Shown one piece after another: positions 1 to 9,608 of a DNA stretch of 64,000 nucleotides (within the stretch, counting starts at the first letter, position 1; every line of letters starts with the position of its first letter). The stretch covers positions 1 through 64,000 of the forward strand of contig JAZDJN010000038.1 in assembly GCA_043803945.1 (NCBI GenBank), given 5' to 3'. Source of the DNA: a bacterium (GTDB taxonomy: Bacteria > Bacteroidota > Ignavibacteria > UBA10030). The notes below the pieces were generated by a model. The model had not been told where the DNA came from. It saw only the letters and a program-made list of their open reading frames with translations, and did not search any database. A program made the translations under genes and the position numbers.

Positions 1-330
1 AACATAATCAAACCACAAAGTTCACCAAGGACATAAAGGAAAAACTGTTGAATTAATTTAAATTTCCATTACTCCTTTTTCTTTTTATTCTTCGCATCCT
101 TAGTGTCCTTTGTGGTTGGACTTTTCGTCCAAGTTTCTAGAGATCTGGCCGAAAAGTTGAGAACATGATCAAACCACTGCACCAGAGCGCATCAGCCTCT
201 GGCTGAAAAGTTCACTAAGGACACAAAGGAAAAACTGTTGAATTAATTTAAATTTCCATTACTCTTTTTTCTTTTTATTCTTCGCATCCTTAGTGTCCTT
301 TGTGGTTGAACTTTTCGTCCAAGTTTCTAG
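1..330. repeat. Tandem duplication of a ~140-bp inverted-repeat element (1-140 and 162-330); copy 2 has a 29-nt insertion at 178-206
   Basis: Near-identical copies; each has arms aaccacaaag... and ...ctttgtggtt around an AT-rich spacer. Confidence 0.9.
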
Positions 331-361
331 AATCTATTCTGGATTCATTGACCAATTCTTC

Positions 362-456
362 AATCGTCGATCGACAATCGTAAATTTCCATCTCTCCGCC
401 TTCACACTCCGTGTTACGGCGGACAGGCCATCTCACCCTCTCACTCTCATACTCTC
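362..456. repeat. Degenerate 7-8-mer tandem tracts with an inserted hairpin (395-427)
   Basis: aatcgtc/gatcgac/aatcgta; ccatctc [tccgcc...ggcggacagg] ccatctca/ccctctca. Confidence 0.6.
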
Positions 457-1288
457 ATAAATCATCACCCCTCTCGCTTTCATTCATCATTAAAGAACCC
501 ACAGTAACAAATTGAAATCCCCTCCGTTTGAGACTCGTGATGATTTCCGGTAACGCTTTGGCGGTATGCCATCCACGCCCATTCATATGCATCACGATAA
601 TTGAACCCTTCCTTGCACATTGAGAAACATAAGTGACGAGCTGATCATTCGTGATAGTTGAATCAGGATCACCGGAGGCAAGATCGTACATCACTGTGGT
701 CATCCCAAGCTCTGCTGCGAGCTGTACTATTCGCTCGTCATATTCTCCGTAGGGAGGGCGGAATAATGTCGACTGGCGGCCGGTGAGTGAGAACATGATA
801 TCTTGTGTGAGCTGCAGATCTTTTCTGATACTATCATTCGTGAGAGTCTTCATATGGGGATGAAGAAAGCTGTGGCTTCCAAGTTCGAAGAGGGAATCGT
901 ACGCCAGTCGCCTTGTCTCATCCGGAAAATCGAGCATCCATTTCCCGCCAAGGAAGAGTGTGGCTGGAGTTTTTGTCTCCTGCAGGATCCGAATAATCCT
1001 CCGATCAAATCCGGCCAGTTTGCGGGTAGCACATGCATCAAATGTGAGTGCAATCTTTTTTCTTGTTCGTCGGCCATTCGAAAACACAATTGCCGGTGTT
1101 GCCGGTTGTCGGGGAGCTGGCATAATACTGACCCTTGCTGAGGCGGATTGCACTTGTGGTTGTTCCCTCTTGTTCTGCAACGTTGTTTCTGTCCGCGATG
1201 CTTGTGATAAGGCTTGTGGACAAAGTGGTAACAATACAGAAATGATAAAAGTCCAGGGCAGTATTGTATGAAATCGATAAGCGTGCAT
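455..1288 (-). CDS. Polysaccharide deacetylase (NodB/CE4), secreted
   Basis: ALTFDAC, GSHSFLHPH, LFRPPYG and IIVMH motifs; N-terminal signal. Confidence 0.9.
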   Translation of the reverse strand: MHAYRFHTILPWTFIISVLLPLCPQALSQASRTETTLQNKREQPQVQSASARVSIMPAPRQPATPAIVFSNGRRTRKKIALTFDACATRKLAGFDRRIIRILQETKTPATLFLGGKWMLDFPDETRRLAYDSLFELGSHSFLHPHMKTLTNDSIRKDLQLTQDIMFSLTGRQSTLFRPPYGEYDERIVQLAAELGMTTVMYDLASGDPDSTITNDQLVTYVSQCARKGSIIVMHMNGRGWHTAKALPEIITSLKRRGFQFVTVGSLMMNESERGDDL

Positions 1289-1585
1289 GATTTTTAGGCA
1301 TATATTGTTTGGAAAATATACAGAAACAGAGGATGAGATTCATCCTTACGAATAGTGTATAGAAATGACGATTAATCCCCAATCAGTTGATATTTGAATA
1401 GACAAGAAGTAGATTTATACCAGTCAGAGTCCGCTTCAAGAGGTTGTCGTTATGGAAACGGCAATGTGAAGCATAATGAAAAGAGAAGCATCAGTGAATG
1501 CCTCATGTGTGAGCGTCGTAGAGTTGCTCTTTGCCAAGGTAAGGCGTGAAGAGTTGCGGAACGCGCGATAATCAGGAGGTACACC

Positions 1586-2200
1586 ATGAAATATTTTGGA
1601 TTGTTTCTTTGTCTTATCTCGCTTTTGGGATGTTACTCGATTCCCCAAATGAGCGAACCCTCTGTTCCTCGACTGTTAGTTCAATATCCGCTTCCGGAAG
1701 TACCAGAGTCCTTGCGCAGGCCATTTCAACGAATAGATATATTATTGTTTATTACCGAAGAGGGCGCAGTCGAAAAAGTGCGTCTGCTTAGCAGCAGCGG
1801 AAGCCTTCTGTGGGATTCTCTTGCAGCAAACATAATCCGAAAATGGCAATTTGTACCCGCGCATATTCAAGAAAAGCCAGCGGCCATTTGGCTTCGATTA
1901 CAGGCCTCGCTGAAATATGAATCCCCAAGCTTCATGGCCATTGCTGAAATTTTGTGTAGAACCAGGGACAGCATCGACTCGGCGTACAGTGAATTAAAAC
2001 AGGGAAAGGATTTTGGCGCCGCAGCATCGAGATATTCCATTGGTTCATCACGAGAGAATATGGGCGCTCTGGGAATGGTGAATATCAATTGTTATGCAAG
2101 CGACATTCGTCGGATCATAGCAAAACTCCGCATTGATGAATTCTCTGAACCGCTGAAATATGGTGAACAGTATGTTATCTTCAAGAGGTTGAAGGAATAA
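1586..2200 (+). CDS. Lipoprotein with TonB C-terminal domain fused to a parvulin (PpiC-type) PPIase domain
   Basis: Lipobox LLGC; ITEEGAVEKV..SSG..WD..A...IRKWQFVPA; LKQGKDFGAAASRYS..S...G.LG and SEPL..GEQYVIFKR; RBS aggagg. Confidence 0.75.
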   Translation: MKYFGLFLCLISLLGCYSIPQMSEPSVPRLLVQYPLPEVPESLRRPFQRIDILLFITEEGAVEKVRLLSSSGSLLWDSLAANIIRKWQFVPAHIQEKPAAIWLRLQASLKYESPSFMAIAEILCRTRDSIDSAYSELKQGKDFGAAASRYSIGSSRENMGALGMVNINCYASDIRRIIAKLRIDEFSEPLKYGEQYVIFKRLKE

Positions 2201-2327
2201 CGGTCGCGGTACAGCATCGCTGACTATAAAATAGCATTTGAGAAGTCGTCAACAGCAGAAGGTCATAATCCAGCATTTTTTTACTATCATAGTATAAGAC
2301 ATCGTCATAGCTGTTTTGTGCACTCAA

Positions 2328-2864
2328 ATGGATATTGAAAAAGAAATAGCGACCGTCTGCATGAAAAGGGATGTAATCCGGATTGCACGGTGGATTGGTA
2401 CGGACCAGAAGCGGTTTTCGCAGTTAATGGACTTTATCCTCACGGGCGAAGATCGGATTGCGCAGAAAGCGGCATGGATTGTTGGATACTGTGTTGAACT
2501 TCATCCCCCACTCGTCGATCCATGGCTCAAGCAGTTGCTGCAGAAAATGGAACAACCCCGGGCTTCTGGCGCTGTGAAGCGTAATGGCGTTCGCATACTC
2601 CAGTTTGCCACCATCCCGCGCAAGCTCCAGGGACGGGCAGCCAACATCTGTTTTCAATTTCTCGCTGCCCCAGATGAACCTATCGCAGTGAGAACCTTTT
2701 CGATTACGGTGATTGCCAGAATTGCCGAGGAGGAGCCGGACCTGATGAAAGAACTCGAGTCTGTGGTTAAACAGATGCTTCCGTATTCAACACCGGCTTT
2801 TCGTGCCCGCGCAAAGAAGGTGCTGAAGAATTATCAGTATACCGAACCAATCGAATCCCCCTGA
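2328..2864 (+). CDS. Conserved hypothetical helical (HEAT/ARM-like) protein
   Basis: Open ~178-aa frame, AQKAAW...EPIAVR pattern typical of Bacteroidota hypotheticals; ATG 2328 preferred. Confidence 0.65.
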   Translation: MDIEKEIATVCMKRDVIRIARWIGTDQKRFSQLMDFILTGEDRIAQKAAWIVGYCVELHPPLVDPWLKQLLQKMEQPRASGAVKRNGVRILQFATIPRKLQGRAANICFQFLAAPDEPIAVRTFSITVIARIAEEEPDLMKELESVVKQMLPYSTPAFRARAKKVLKNYQYTEPIESP

Positions 2865-2958
2865 ATGAATTTGGCGTCGAAGAACTTCGACCTCCATTCC
2901 ATCATTGACATTACTGATACGCATGCCAAATCGATCCGCCCTGACATGAATCAACGAT

Positions 2959-3483
2959 ATGAATAATCCCGGTAGAGAACATGGTACGAGTAAATCTTCA
3001 TCAGGAAATGAGATGAGTACGCAAAGAGGCGCCCAAGTACCATTCCAACCGCCATTATTGTTCTTCTTCTCAATTCTTCTCGGACTTCTTATTCACTATC
3101 TGGTGCTTCCATGGTCTTTGCCTCTCGGGAAACTGCTGTGTACAATAACGGGAGCATGCATTGGCCTCAGCGGCCTGGTGGTAAACGTTATCACCATTGG
3201 TTACTTTAATCGCTCCGGTCAAAACACTCTCCCATGGGAACCGACACCCTCACTGATTCTGAAAGGCCCTTACCGCTTCTCCCGCAATCCAATGTATCTC
3301 AGCGTTCTCATCATGCAGGTCGGATTCGGCGTTATGATAAATGTGCTCTGGATTATTCTCTTCAGCATTCCGGCAATGATTGTGGTGCACTTCTTAGCGG
3401 TTCTGCTGGAAGAGAACTATCTCACCGAACGGTTCGGAGAAGAATATTTGAGATATACCAGGAGAGTTCGACGATACATTTAA
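2959..3483 (+). CDS. Isoprenylcysteine carboxylmethyltransferase/PEMT-family membrane protein
   Basis: GPYRFSRNPMY and EE.YL..RFGEEY..Y..RVRR motifs. Confidence 0.9.
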   Translation: MNNPGREHGTSKSSSGNEMSTQRGAQVPFQPPLLFFFSILLGLLIHYLVLPWSLPLGKLLCTITGACIGLSGLVVNVITIGYFNRSGQNTLPWEPTPSLILKGPYRFSRNPMYLSVLIMQVGFGVMINVLWIILFSIPAMIVVHFLAVLLEENYLTERFGEEYLRYTRRVRRYI

Positions 3484-3569
3484 GGGAAAAATTATTGCTG
3501 GAAATAGCCACCGCATTGCTTAGATGCTTTGCTTGAGGAGGAGCGGTTTAACCTGGACAAGGTCAACAA

Positions 3570-4664
3570 ATGATTATCAAAAAAACACCGATTATAAATC
3601 TTCTTACGAGAATCATCATCCTTCTGCTCTTGCTTTCACTCTTTACTATGCAACTGTTATCGCAGGAGTTCATTCGTTCTCAACCGGGATATATCAAAAG
3701 TGAATTCATTTTTCCACTTAACCATAAACCTACAGCCCAATGCCACGCCCCAACAATCGCATTGTCAGGAGATCGTCTTATCGTCGCTTGGTTTGGGGGT
3801 ACTAAAGAAAAACATCCCGATGTTGGAATCTGGCTCTCATATTTTGACGGAACCGTCTGGTCGAAACCAGTGGAAGTGGCAAATGGAATGCAAGCGAACA
3901 GTCAACGCTACCCCACATGGAATCCAGTTCTCTGCCAGCCGGTTGATGGTCCGCTCCTTCTGTTCTACAAAGCTGGCCCGTCGCCAATGGAGTGGTGGGG
4001 AATGCTCACCACCTCGTTTGACAATGGCACGACATGGTCTAAATCCTTCCGATTGCCTGATAAGATACTCGGACCGATTAAGAACAAGCCTCTTCAACGT
4101 GACGATGGCATGCTTCTCTGCTTCTCCAGTACAGAGCATGAGGGATGGCGGGTTCACGTAGAATGGACGACCGATCTGGGAAAGACATGGGGCAGGAGTG
4201 AATCGTTGAGGGATGATTCGCTGCTCGGTGCTATCCAGCCGACGGTACTCATCCATCCAAAGGGAACGCTGCAACTCCTTTGCCGTACACGGACAGGATT
4301 CATTGCTGAAAGCTGGTCCAACGACAATGGCCGAACATGGGGGGTATTACAATCAACGTCTTTGCCGAATCCAAACTCAGGAATCGATGCGGTCACATTG
4401 TCGAACGGCAATCATCTTCTGGTGTATAATCATGTCCAGAAGGATGCGGCGAAATGGGGCGGTCCACGGACTCCATTGAATGTCGCACTCTCTGAAGATG
4501 GAAGAAAATGGAATCCTGTTCTTCTTCTTGAGAACGAACCCGGTGAGTATTCCTATCCTGCTGTTATCCAAACAAGCGATAATCTCGTGCACATTGTCTA
4601 TACGTATCGTCGCGAGTCGATCAAACATGTTGTTCTGGATCCCATGAACGTGCACCTCAAATAA
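3570..4664 (+). CDS. BNR/Asp-box repeat sialidase-like protein
   Basis: Asp boxes (SFDNGTTWS, TTDLGKTWG, SNDNGRTWG, SEDGRKW); GPIKNKP, PNPNSG, YSYP; signal peptide. Confidence 0.85.
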   Translation: MIIKKTPIINLLTRIIILLLLLSLFTMQLLSQEFIRSQPGYIKSEFIFPLNHKPTAQCHAPTIALSGDRLIVAWFGGTKEKHPDVGIWLSYFDGTVWSKPVEVANGMQANSQRYPTWNPVLCQPVDGPLLLFYKAGPSPMEWWGMLTTSFDNGTTWSKSFRLPDKILGPIKNKPLQRDDGMLLCFSSTEHEGWRVHVEWTTDLGKTWGRSESLRDDSLLGAIQPTVLIHPKGTLQLLCRTRTGFIAESWSNDNGRTWGVLQSTSLPNPNSGIDAVTLSNGNHLLVYNHVQKDAAKWGGPRTPLNVALSEDGRKWNPVLLLENEPGEYSYPAVIQTSDNLVHIVYTYRRESIKHVVLDPMNVHLK

Positions 4665-4766
4665 TTTCGGCGCAGCAATGTCTATGAAAGGACCAGAAAC
4701 GCGCCTCCGTCGGTCACGAAAGGCGCTTCTCACCTAGGACTGGAGCGAATCTTTCCAGGTCGATCT

Positions 4767-5795
4767 TCACGGTTTGATAACAGTCCGGATACTGCTTTCC
4801 CATCTGGATAATTCAGCAAAGACGGTATTAATGGAGGATGCGCTGAGTGGAATGGATCGTGTCACGATCTGTGTCAGATCTAATTTTCCGCTGCGAGCAA
4901 ATTCAAGTACAATCGGCAATTCGCTCAAGAGATGATCGGAGCAGCCGATGACCTCTGCTTCTTTTCCCAGGATCTCCGTGTATGGATTAAGCTCCAGGTT
5001 CTGCAAGCTGAGTCCGACGAGAACAGCACGTCCCATCGGTGCGAGAGAACGGACCGCTTGCTGCATCGTCATCGACGACCCGATTAATTCAAGTGCGACA
5101 TCGACACCACGGTTCTTCGTGAGTTCCCTGATTCGGCTGACGGGATTGCCTTCGTTGGGATTGATGGGAAGAGCGCCAAATCGTTCTGCTGCTATGAGCT
5201 TCTGTTGTTGAATATCAATGCCATATACCTGTCCTGCTCCAAGGGCTCGTGCCAGTTGAATTGCCGAGAGGCCCAATCCCCCGCAGCCAAACACCGCCAC
5301 CGATTCACCGGATTGAAGCCTCGCTTTCTGAAGAGCATGAAATGAAGTTGCCGTTGAACACATCATCACAGCCCCATGGTCAAATGGTATCTCATCCGGC
5401 AGGTGTATGAGGCTCCGGGCAGGTACGGTACAATATTCGGCGTACCCGCCGTCGCGATGTTTACCGATCATCTGTGCCTTTGCACAGAACTGTTCATTCC
5501 CCGAAATGCAGTAGGAACACTCTCCGCAAAAATCATGATAATGAACGCAAACGCGATCGCCCTTTCGGAAATTCGTGACAGCGGGTCCCGCTGAGTCAAC
5601 CACTCCAGCAATCTCGTGCCCAAGTGTTCTGGGGAGGGAGGGAAGAGGGACAACTCCGTTGCGGTAATGAACATCGGAGTGGCAAATACCGGCGGCTTTA
5701 ATTTTTACAAGAACTTCATAGTTGCTAGGAATTGGCTTGGCGATCTCTCGATCTTCAAGCTCGGTTCCAGCGTTGATAAGTTGCACTGCTTTCAT
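4767..5795 (-). CDS. Zinc-binding alcohol dehydrogenase (MDR family)
   Basis: GICHSD, GHE, CGECSYC...C, GCGGLG. Confidence 0.92.
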   Translation of the reverse strand: MKAVQLINAGTELEDREIAKPIPSNYEVLVKIKAAGICHSDVHYRNGVVPLPSLPRTLGHEIAGVVDSAGPAVTNFRKGDRVCVHYHDFCGECSYCISGNEQFCAKAQMIGKHRDGGYAEYCTVPARSLIHLPDEIPFDHGAVMMCSTATSFHALQKARLQSGESVAVFGCGGLGLSAIQLARALGAGQVYGIDIQQQKLIAAERFGALPINPNEGNPVSRIRELTKNRGVDVALELIGSSMTMQQAVRSLAPMGRAVLVGLSLQNLELNPYTEILGKEAEVIGCSDHLLSELPIVLEFARSGKLDLTQIVTRSIPLSASSINTVFAELSRWESSIRTVIKP

Positions 5796-5825
5796 AGATC
5801 GATCAGTTCATTTTCTCGTTATGCG

Positions 5826-7061
5826 TTAGGCAAAGAGGTTGATAAAACCGGTGATAATCAGTGCATTGGTGAAGTCGATAAAAAATGCACCGACCATGGG
5901 GACCACAAGAAATGCTCTTGGTGCTGGTCCAAATTTTTCAATTATTGCTTCCATATTGGCAACGGCGTTTGGTGTGGCACCAAGTCCGAATCCGCAATGG
6001 CCTCCGGCCATCACGGCGGCATCGTAGTCCTTTCCCATAAATCGAAATGTCACGAAGTAGGCATACGCCGCCATCATAATCACCTGAACGGTAAGGATAA
6101 TGAGCATCGGAATTGCCAGATCGAGGAGTTCCCATAATTTCAGTGACATCAATGCCATCGCCAAAAATAGAGAGAGTGCGATTGTGCCAAGATCATCCAC
6201 AACTCGCTGCTCGATATTGAGTCGAACACTTACGGCAATATTGCAGATGACAGCCGCGATACTCATGGCACCGATATACGCAGGGAGTGTGAAGAATTTT
6301 CCGAGCCAGCCGCTGAGAAGTGAGCCTAGCCACATGGCAATAAGGATAATCGTAATCACTTTCAACAACCGGAATGCTGTCGGCGCCTCGCCGGATGGCT
6401 CTATATCGATTTCCATATCCAGAGATTCATATTCCTGCGCAGTTTTATTCGCCTTTGCATCCACTTCATCAGTCTGATGTTTGGGCTTGAAGCGTTTTAT
6501 TAACGCCGTTGCAACCGGCCCGCCAATTAATCCGCCGCTCACCAGGCCGAATGTGGCAGCCGCCATTGCCAGTGTCACTCCCCCTGAAAATGCATATTGG
6601 TCTTCCATTAATTTACCGAATGCTGCTCCTGTTCCATGTCCTCCTGTCATCGTAATGGATCCGGCAATTAATCCGAGAAAGGGATGAACACCAAGAATCT
6701 TTGTCAGGAGAACACCTACTCCGTCCTGGAGAATTGCCAGGATCGATGCGAGGAGCCAGAAGAGGAGTACTTGCGGGCCGCCGATTTTTAGGAGTTTCAA
6801 GTTTGCTCCCAGGCCGATTGTCGTAAAAAATGCAATCATCAATGGTGCCTGCAGTGTTGTGTCAAATTGAAAATGGATCCACCCCGCAAGCCTGACAAGG
6901 AGAGAAAGGGAGGCAAAGAGAAATCCACCAATGACGGGAGCTGGGATATTATAGCGATCGAGGAACGAGACACGCTTCCGGATTGCATAACCGATGAATA
7001 AAATTAATGCAGCCAATGCGAGCGTTTGAATCATATCAAGTTTGATAACAACTGGGTCCAT
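5826..7061 (-). CDS. gltS: Sodium/glutamate symporter
   Basis: IPAPVIGG, GGHGTGAAFG, ATFGLVSGGLIGGP, GFGLGATPNA; RBS gaggaag before ATG 7061. Confidence 0.92.
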   Translation of the reverse strand: MDPVVIKLDMIQTLALAALILFIGYAIRKRVSFLDRYNIPAPVIGGFLFASLSLLVRLAGWIHFQFDTTLQAPLMIAFFTTIGLGANLKLLKIGGPQVLLFWLLASILAILQDGVGVLLTKILGVHPFLGLIAGSITMTGGHGTGAAFGKLMEDQYAFSGGVTLAMAAATFGLVSGGLIGGPVATALIKRFKPKHQTDEVDAKANKTAQEYESLDMEIDIEPSGEAPTAFRLLKVITIILIAMWLGSLLSGWLGKFFTLPAYIGAMSIAAVICNIAVSVRLNIEQRVVDDLGTIALSLFLAMALMSLKLWELLDLAIPMLIILTVQVIMMAAYAYFVTFRFMGKDYDAAVMAGGHCGFGLGATPNAVANMEAIIEKFGPAPRAFLVVPMVGAFFIDFTNALIITGFINLFA

Positions 7062-7291
7062 AGAGGGCTTCCTCGCAATTGTCCAAATCACTTCAATGAT
7101 TGATGCCATAATACAAAAAATGGCGCTCCAATACCATGCTTTTTGGCTTGAATCGCACCAGATCTGGTGGTGTGAGGAGAAGCACTTCCATTAAGATTTT
7201 TTCACAATGCCTTTTCAGATTAAGCTTTTCGCCGAAGGACTTGTCAAAGCTTTAATCGATAGGAGTATTGGGAACGATCTGATACGTATCT

Positions 7292-8419
7292 ATGCCAACC
7301 ATCCAGAAAAAGCGAATCGCATTCATCTGTTTTTCATCAGCGTTCGGAGGACTTGAGATTTCAACTCTTCAACTCACCAACGAACTGAGTAATATGGGGG
7401 CCTATTGCCTGGCCATCGTTCCGGAACAATCGAAACTGGCGAAGGAAGGGAAGGCAATGAACCTCAGGCTTGAACTGATGAAACCGAGGATCAAATATGG
7501 AGACCTCTTTGCCGCTATCCACCTGGCAAAACTGTTAGACGTTCATCTCATCGATATCGTTGTCGCTATGCAGTCGAAAGACATCAATCTGCTGGCAGCC
7601 GTTAAAATGATTATGCCGCGCCTTAACGTTGTTTTCTATCAGCAAATGCAATCACAGATCGATAAAAAAGATCCGATCCATACCTGGATGTACTCTAAAT
7701 TATCGTTATGGATTTCTCTTACCAATAAGATGAAAAGTGAGGTCTTACGATATACACGATTGCCGGAAGAAAAAATTCGTGTCGTCCCGCTGGGAAAGGA
7801 TCTTCACACCTTTAATCCTGATCTCTATAATCAGGTCCAAGCACGGCGGAAATTTGGCATTCCTCTGGACCGTCATGTCGTCGGCATGATCGGAAGGCTT
7901 GATCCTCAAAAAGGCCAGAAAGAATTTCTGTTGGCGATCCCAAAAATTAAAAAGGTTCACCCTTTGGCAACGTTTATAATTCTTGGGGAAGAGACAAATG
8001 GCGAGTCTGGTTATAAACACTATCTTGATCGGCTCTGTTATGAATTGGGGATTCTCGATGATGTCCTCTTCCTTCCGTTTACCGATCAGGTGGCGGAATT
8101 CCTCTCGGCGCTGGATATCTTCATCCTCCCATCGTACAGCGAAACCTTCGGATTGGTACTTCTCGAAGCCATGGCGATGGAGAAACCAATCATTGCGACC
8201 GACGCGGGTGGTGTACCGGAGATCATCCGTCATGGGACCGATGGAATTCTTATACCCCCCTGCAATGATCAAGCACTTGCAGAAGCTGTAATCCACTTGT
8301 TGTCAGATCCCACACTCTCAATGGAGCTTTCACACAATGCTCGCGAAGATGTCACGAAACGGTTTAATAGAGAGAGGTGCATCAACCTATTGACGGATTC
8401 ACTTATGAGAGTTAGTTAA
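7292..8419 (+). CDS. GT4 family glycosyltransferase
   Basis: GRLDPQKG, ETFGLVLLEAMA, GGVPEII. Confidence 0.92.
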   Translation: MPTIQKKRIAFICFSSAFGGLEISTLQLTNELSNMGAYCLAIVPEQSKLAKEGKAMNLRLELMKPRIKYGDLFAAIHLAKLLDVHLIDIVVAMQSKDINLLAAVKMIMPRLNVVFYQQMQSQIDKKDPIHTWMYSKLSLWISLTNKMKSEVLRYTRLPEEKIRVVPLGKDLHTFNPDLYNQVQARRKFGIPLDRHVVGMIGRLDPQKGQKEFLLAIPKIKKVHPLATFIILGEETNGESGYKHYLDRLCYELGILDDVLFLPFTDQVAEFLSALDIFILPSYSETFGLVLLEAMAMEKPIIATDAGGVPEIIRHGTDGILIPPCNDQALAEAVIHLLSDPTLSMELSHNAREDVTKRFNRERCINLLTDSLMRVS

Positions 8420-8468
8420 AGAACAGCAAACCTCGCGACGAGTAAATTGAAAATTGCTGAACCTCCCG

Positions 8469-8510
8469 AAAAATCCGCTAAGTCCTCTTGGGCCTAGCGG
8501 ATTTTTATTT
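8469..8510 (+). terminator. Intrinsic (possibly bidirectional) terminator
   Basis: aaaaatccgcta...tagcggattttt hairpin after the GT4 gene. Confidence 0.7.
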
Positions 8511-8547
8511 CAACACTTTTCTATTCTTTTCTAACGTTACGAACTTG

Positions 8548-8608
8548 CCTGGTGTCTTTGGCGTGCTGACCTGCTGCTAGGATTACTATTCGGCTGGTTT
8601 GGCGGTTC
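8548..8608 (-). repeat. Half of a cgccaag-type periodic repeat with a ~31-nt insertion
   Basis: Minus strand gaaccgccaa[insert]agcacgccaaagacaccagg resembles the arm at 14643. Confidence 0.55.
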
Positions 8609-8618
8609 AATTGGCACT

Positions 8619-8705
8619 AAAAAAAACAGGCCCATCGAAAGATATTCAACTAGTCGCACCGAAGGAGGTGAAGTGAGCTGAGAAGAGGCTTTCAATGGGC
8701 TCTGG
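8619..8705 (-). ncRNA. Candidate structured RNA or terminator with an anti-SD motif
   Basis: Minus-strand stem gcccattgaaag/ctttcgatgggc followed by a U-run; internal UCACCUCCUU. Confidence 0.35.
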
Positions 8706-8748
8706 TATTGGGCTGCTCAATTACTGCGTAATCCTCCTGAAAAAGATC

Positions 8749-8862
8749 ACCACGCCCGCCTGCCCTCATTGATTCACTCTGGACGGGCAGGAAGAGCACG
8801 AAGTTAAAAGAAAGGCGAAGTTGAGAATGAAAATGTCAAGGGTTCTTCGTGTTTCTTCGTGG
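8749..8862. repeat. Long-spacer inverted repeat (ccacgaag family) with nested hairpin at 8755-8791
   Basis: ccacg[insert]aagagcacgaag ... cttcgtgtttcttcgtgg. Confidence 0.7.
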
Positions 8863-8880
8863 ATAGAGTCTTCATTCGTA

Positions 8881-9321
8881 TTACTTACTGGCCACTGATA
8901 CAGAGGGAGCCTGACCGGGAGCGAACCGGAATGTGCCCTGCTTCACATAGACTTCATAATGCCATGCACAAGCATTCCGTACCTTAAGCGAAGGATCGAA
9001 CGACACCGCTTGTTTCACGGCATACAATCCGCGGGCATCGCCAATCTGACAGAGGGACCATGCAGCAGCGATACGAACGTTTTCATCTTCGCTATATTTT
9101 AAGTACGAGAGAAGCGGCAGGACAGCACGGTCGGATCCGATGTTTCCGAGCATATATATTGCGCTTTTCTGCAAGCCTTTATTCCCTGACTCGAGTGCGG
9201 CAAAGAGGTTCTTTTCTACGACGGCTTTTTTGGCGACTGGTACTTTGTCGAATGCAAAGGAAGTGGTCGTAACCAACAGGATCAGAAGGGTGACGACTGA
9301 GATAAACAGTTTCTTGCTCAT
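8881..9321 (-). CDS. Secreted HEAT-repeat protein
   Basis: Signal peptide; SAIYMLGNIG, VRIAAAWSLCQIGD repeats. Confidence 0.8.
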   Translation of the reverse strand: MSKKLFISVVTLLILLVTTTSFAFDKVPVAKKAVVEKNLFAALESGNKGLQKSAIYMLGNIGSDRAVLPLLSYLKYSEDENVRIAAAWSLCQIGDARGLYAVKQAVSFDPSLKVRNACAWHYEVYVKQGTFRFAPGQAPSVSVASK

Positions 9322-9462
9322 ACGATTCTCCGGCACAATGTGTGATTGAATTCCTGGATTTCTACTTGCTCTTACTCAGTGCAGGGAAAAAAGTTTGGGA
9401 GTTGAGATGAAATGCTTCTTTTCTGTGATGAGATGGTATCGGTTCATCACTGAGAATTCAAC

Positions 9463-9554
9463 TGTCTCACTCGCGAACGCGAGTGCCCAGTGCCGTTCAT
9501 AATGCAACTTCCTTTGTGTAAAGGCGCTGGATTCCCACGTTTGTGGGAATGACA
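9463..9554. repeat. REP-like doublet (two facing hairpins)
   Basis: tgtctcactcgcgaacgcgagtgcccag ... ctggattcccacgtttgtgggaatgaca; homologous to 62390-62480. Confidence 0.75.
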
Positions 9555-9608
9555 TTCCTGTTTCTATAGTGCCATGTGACGGGAGGGCGGATGAGGATGG
9601 ATGTTGTG

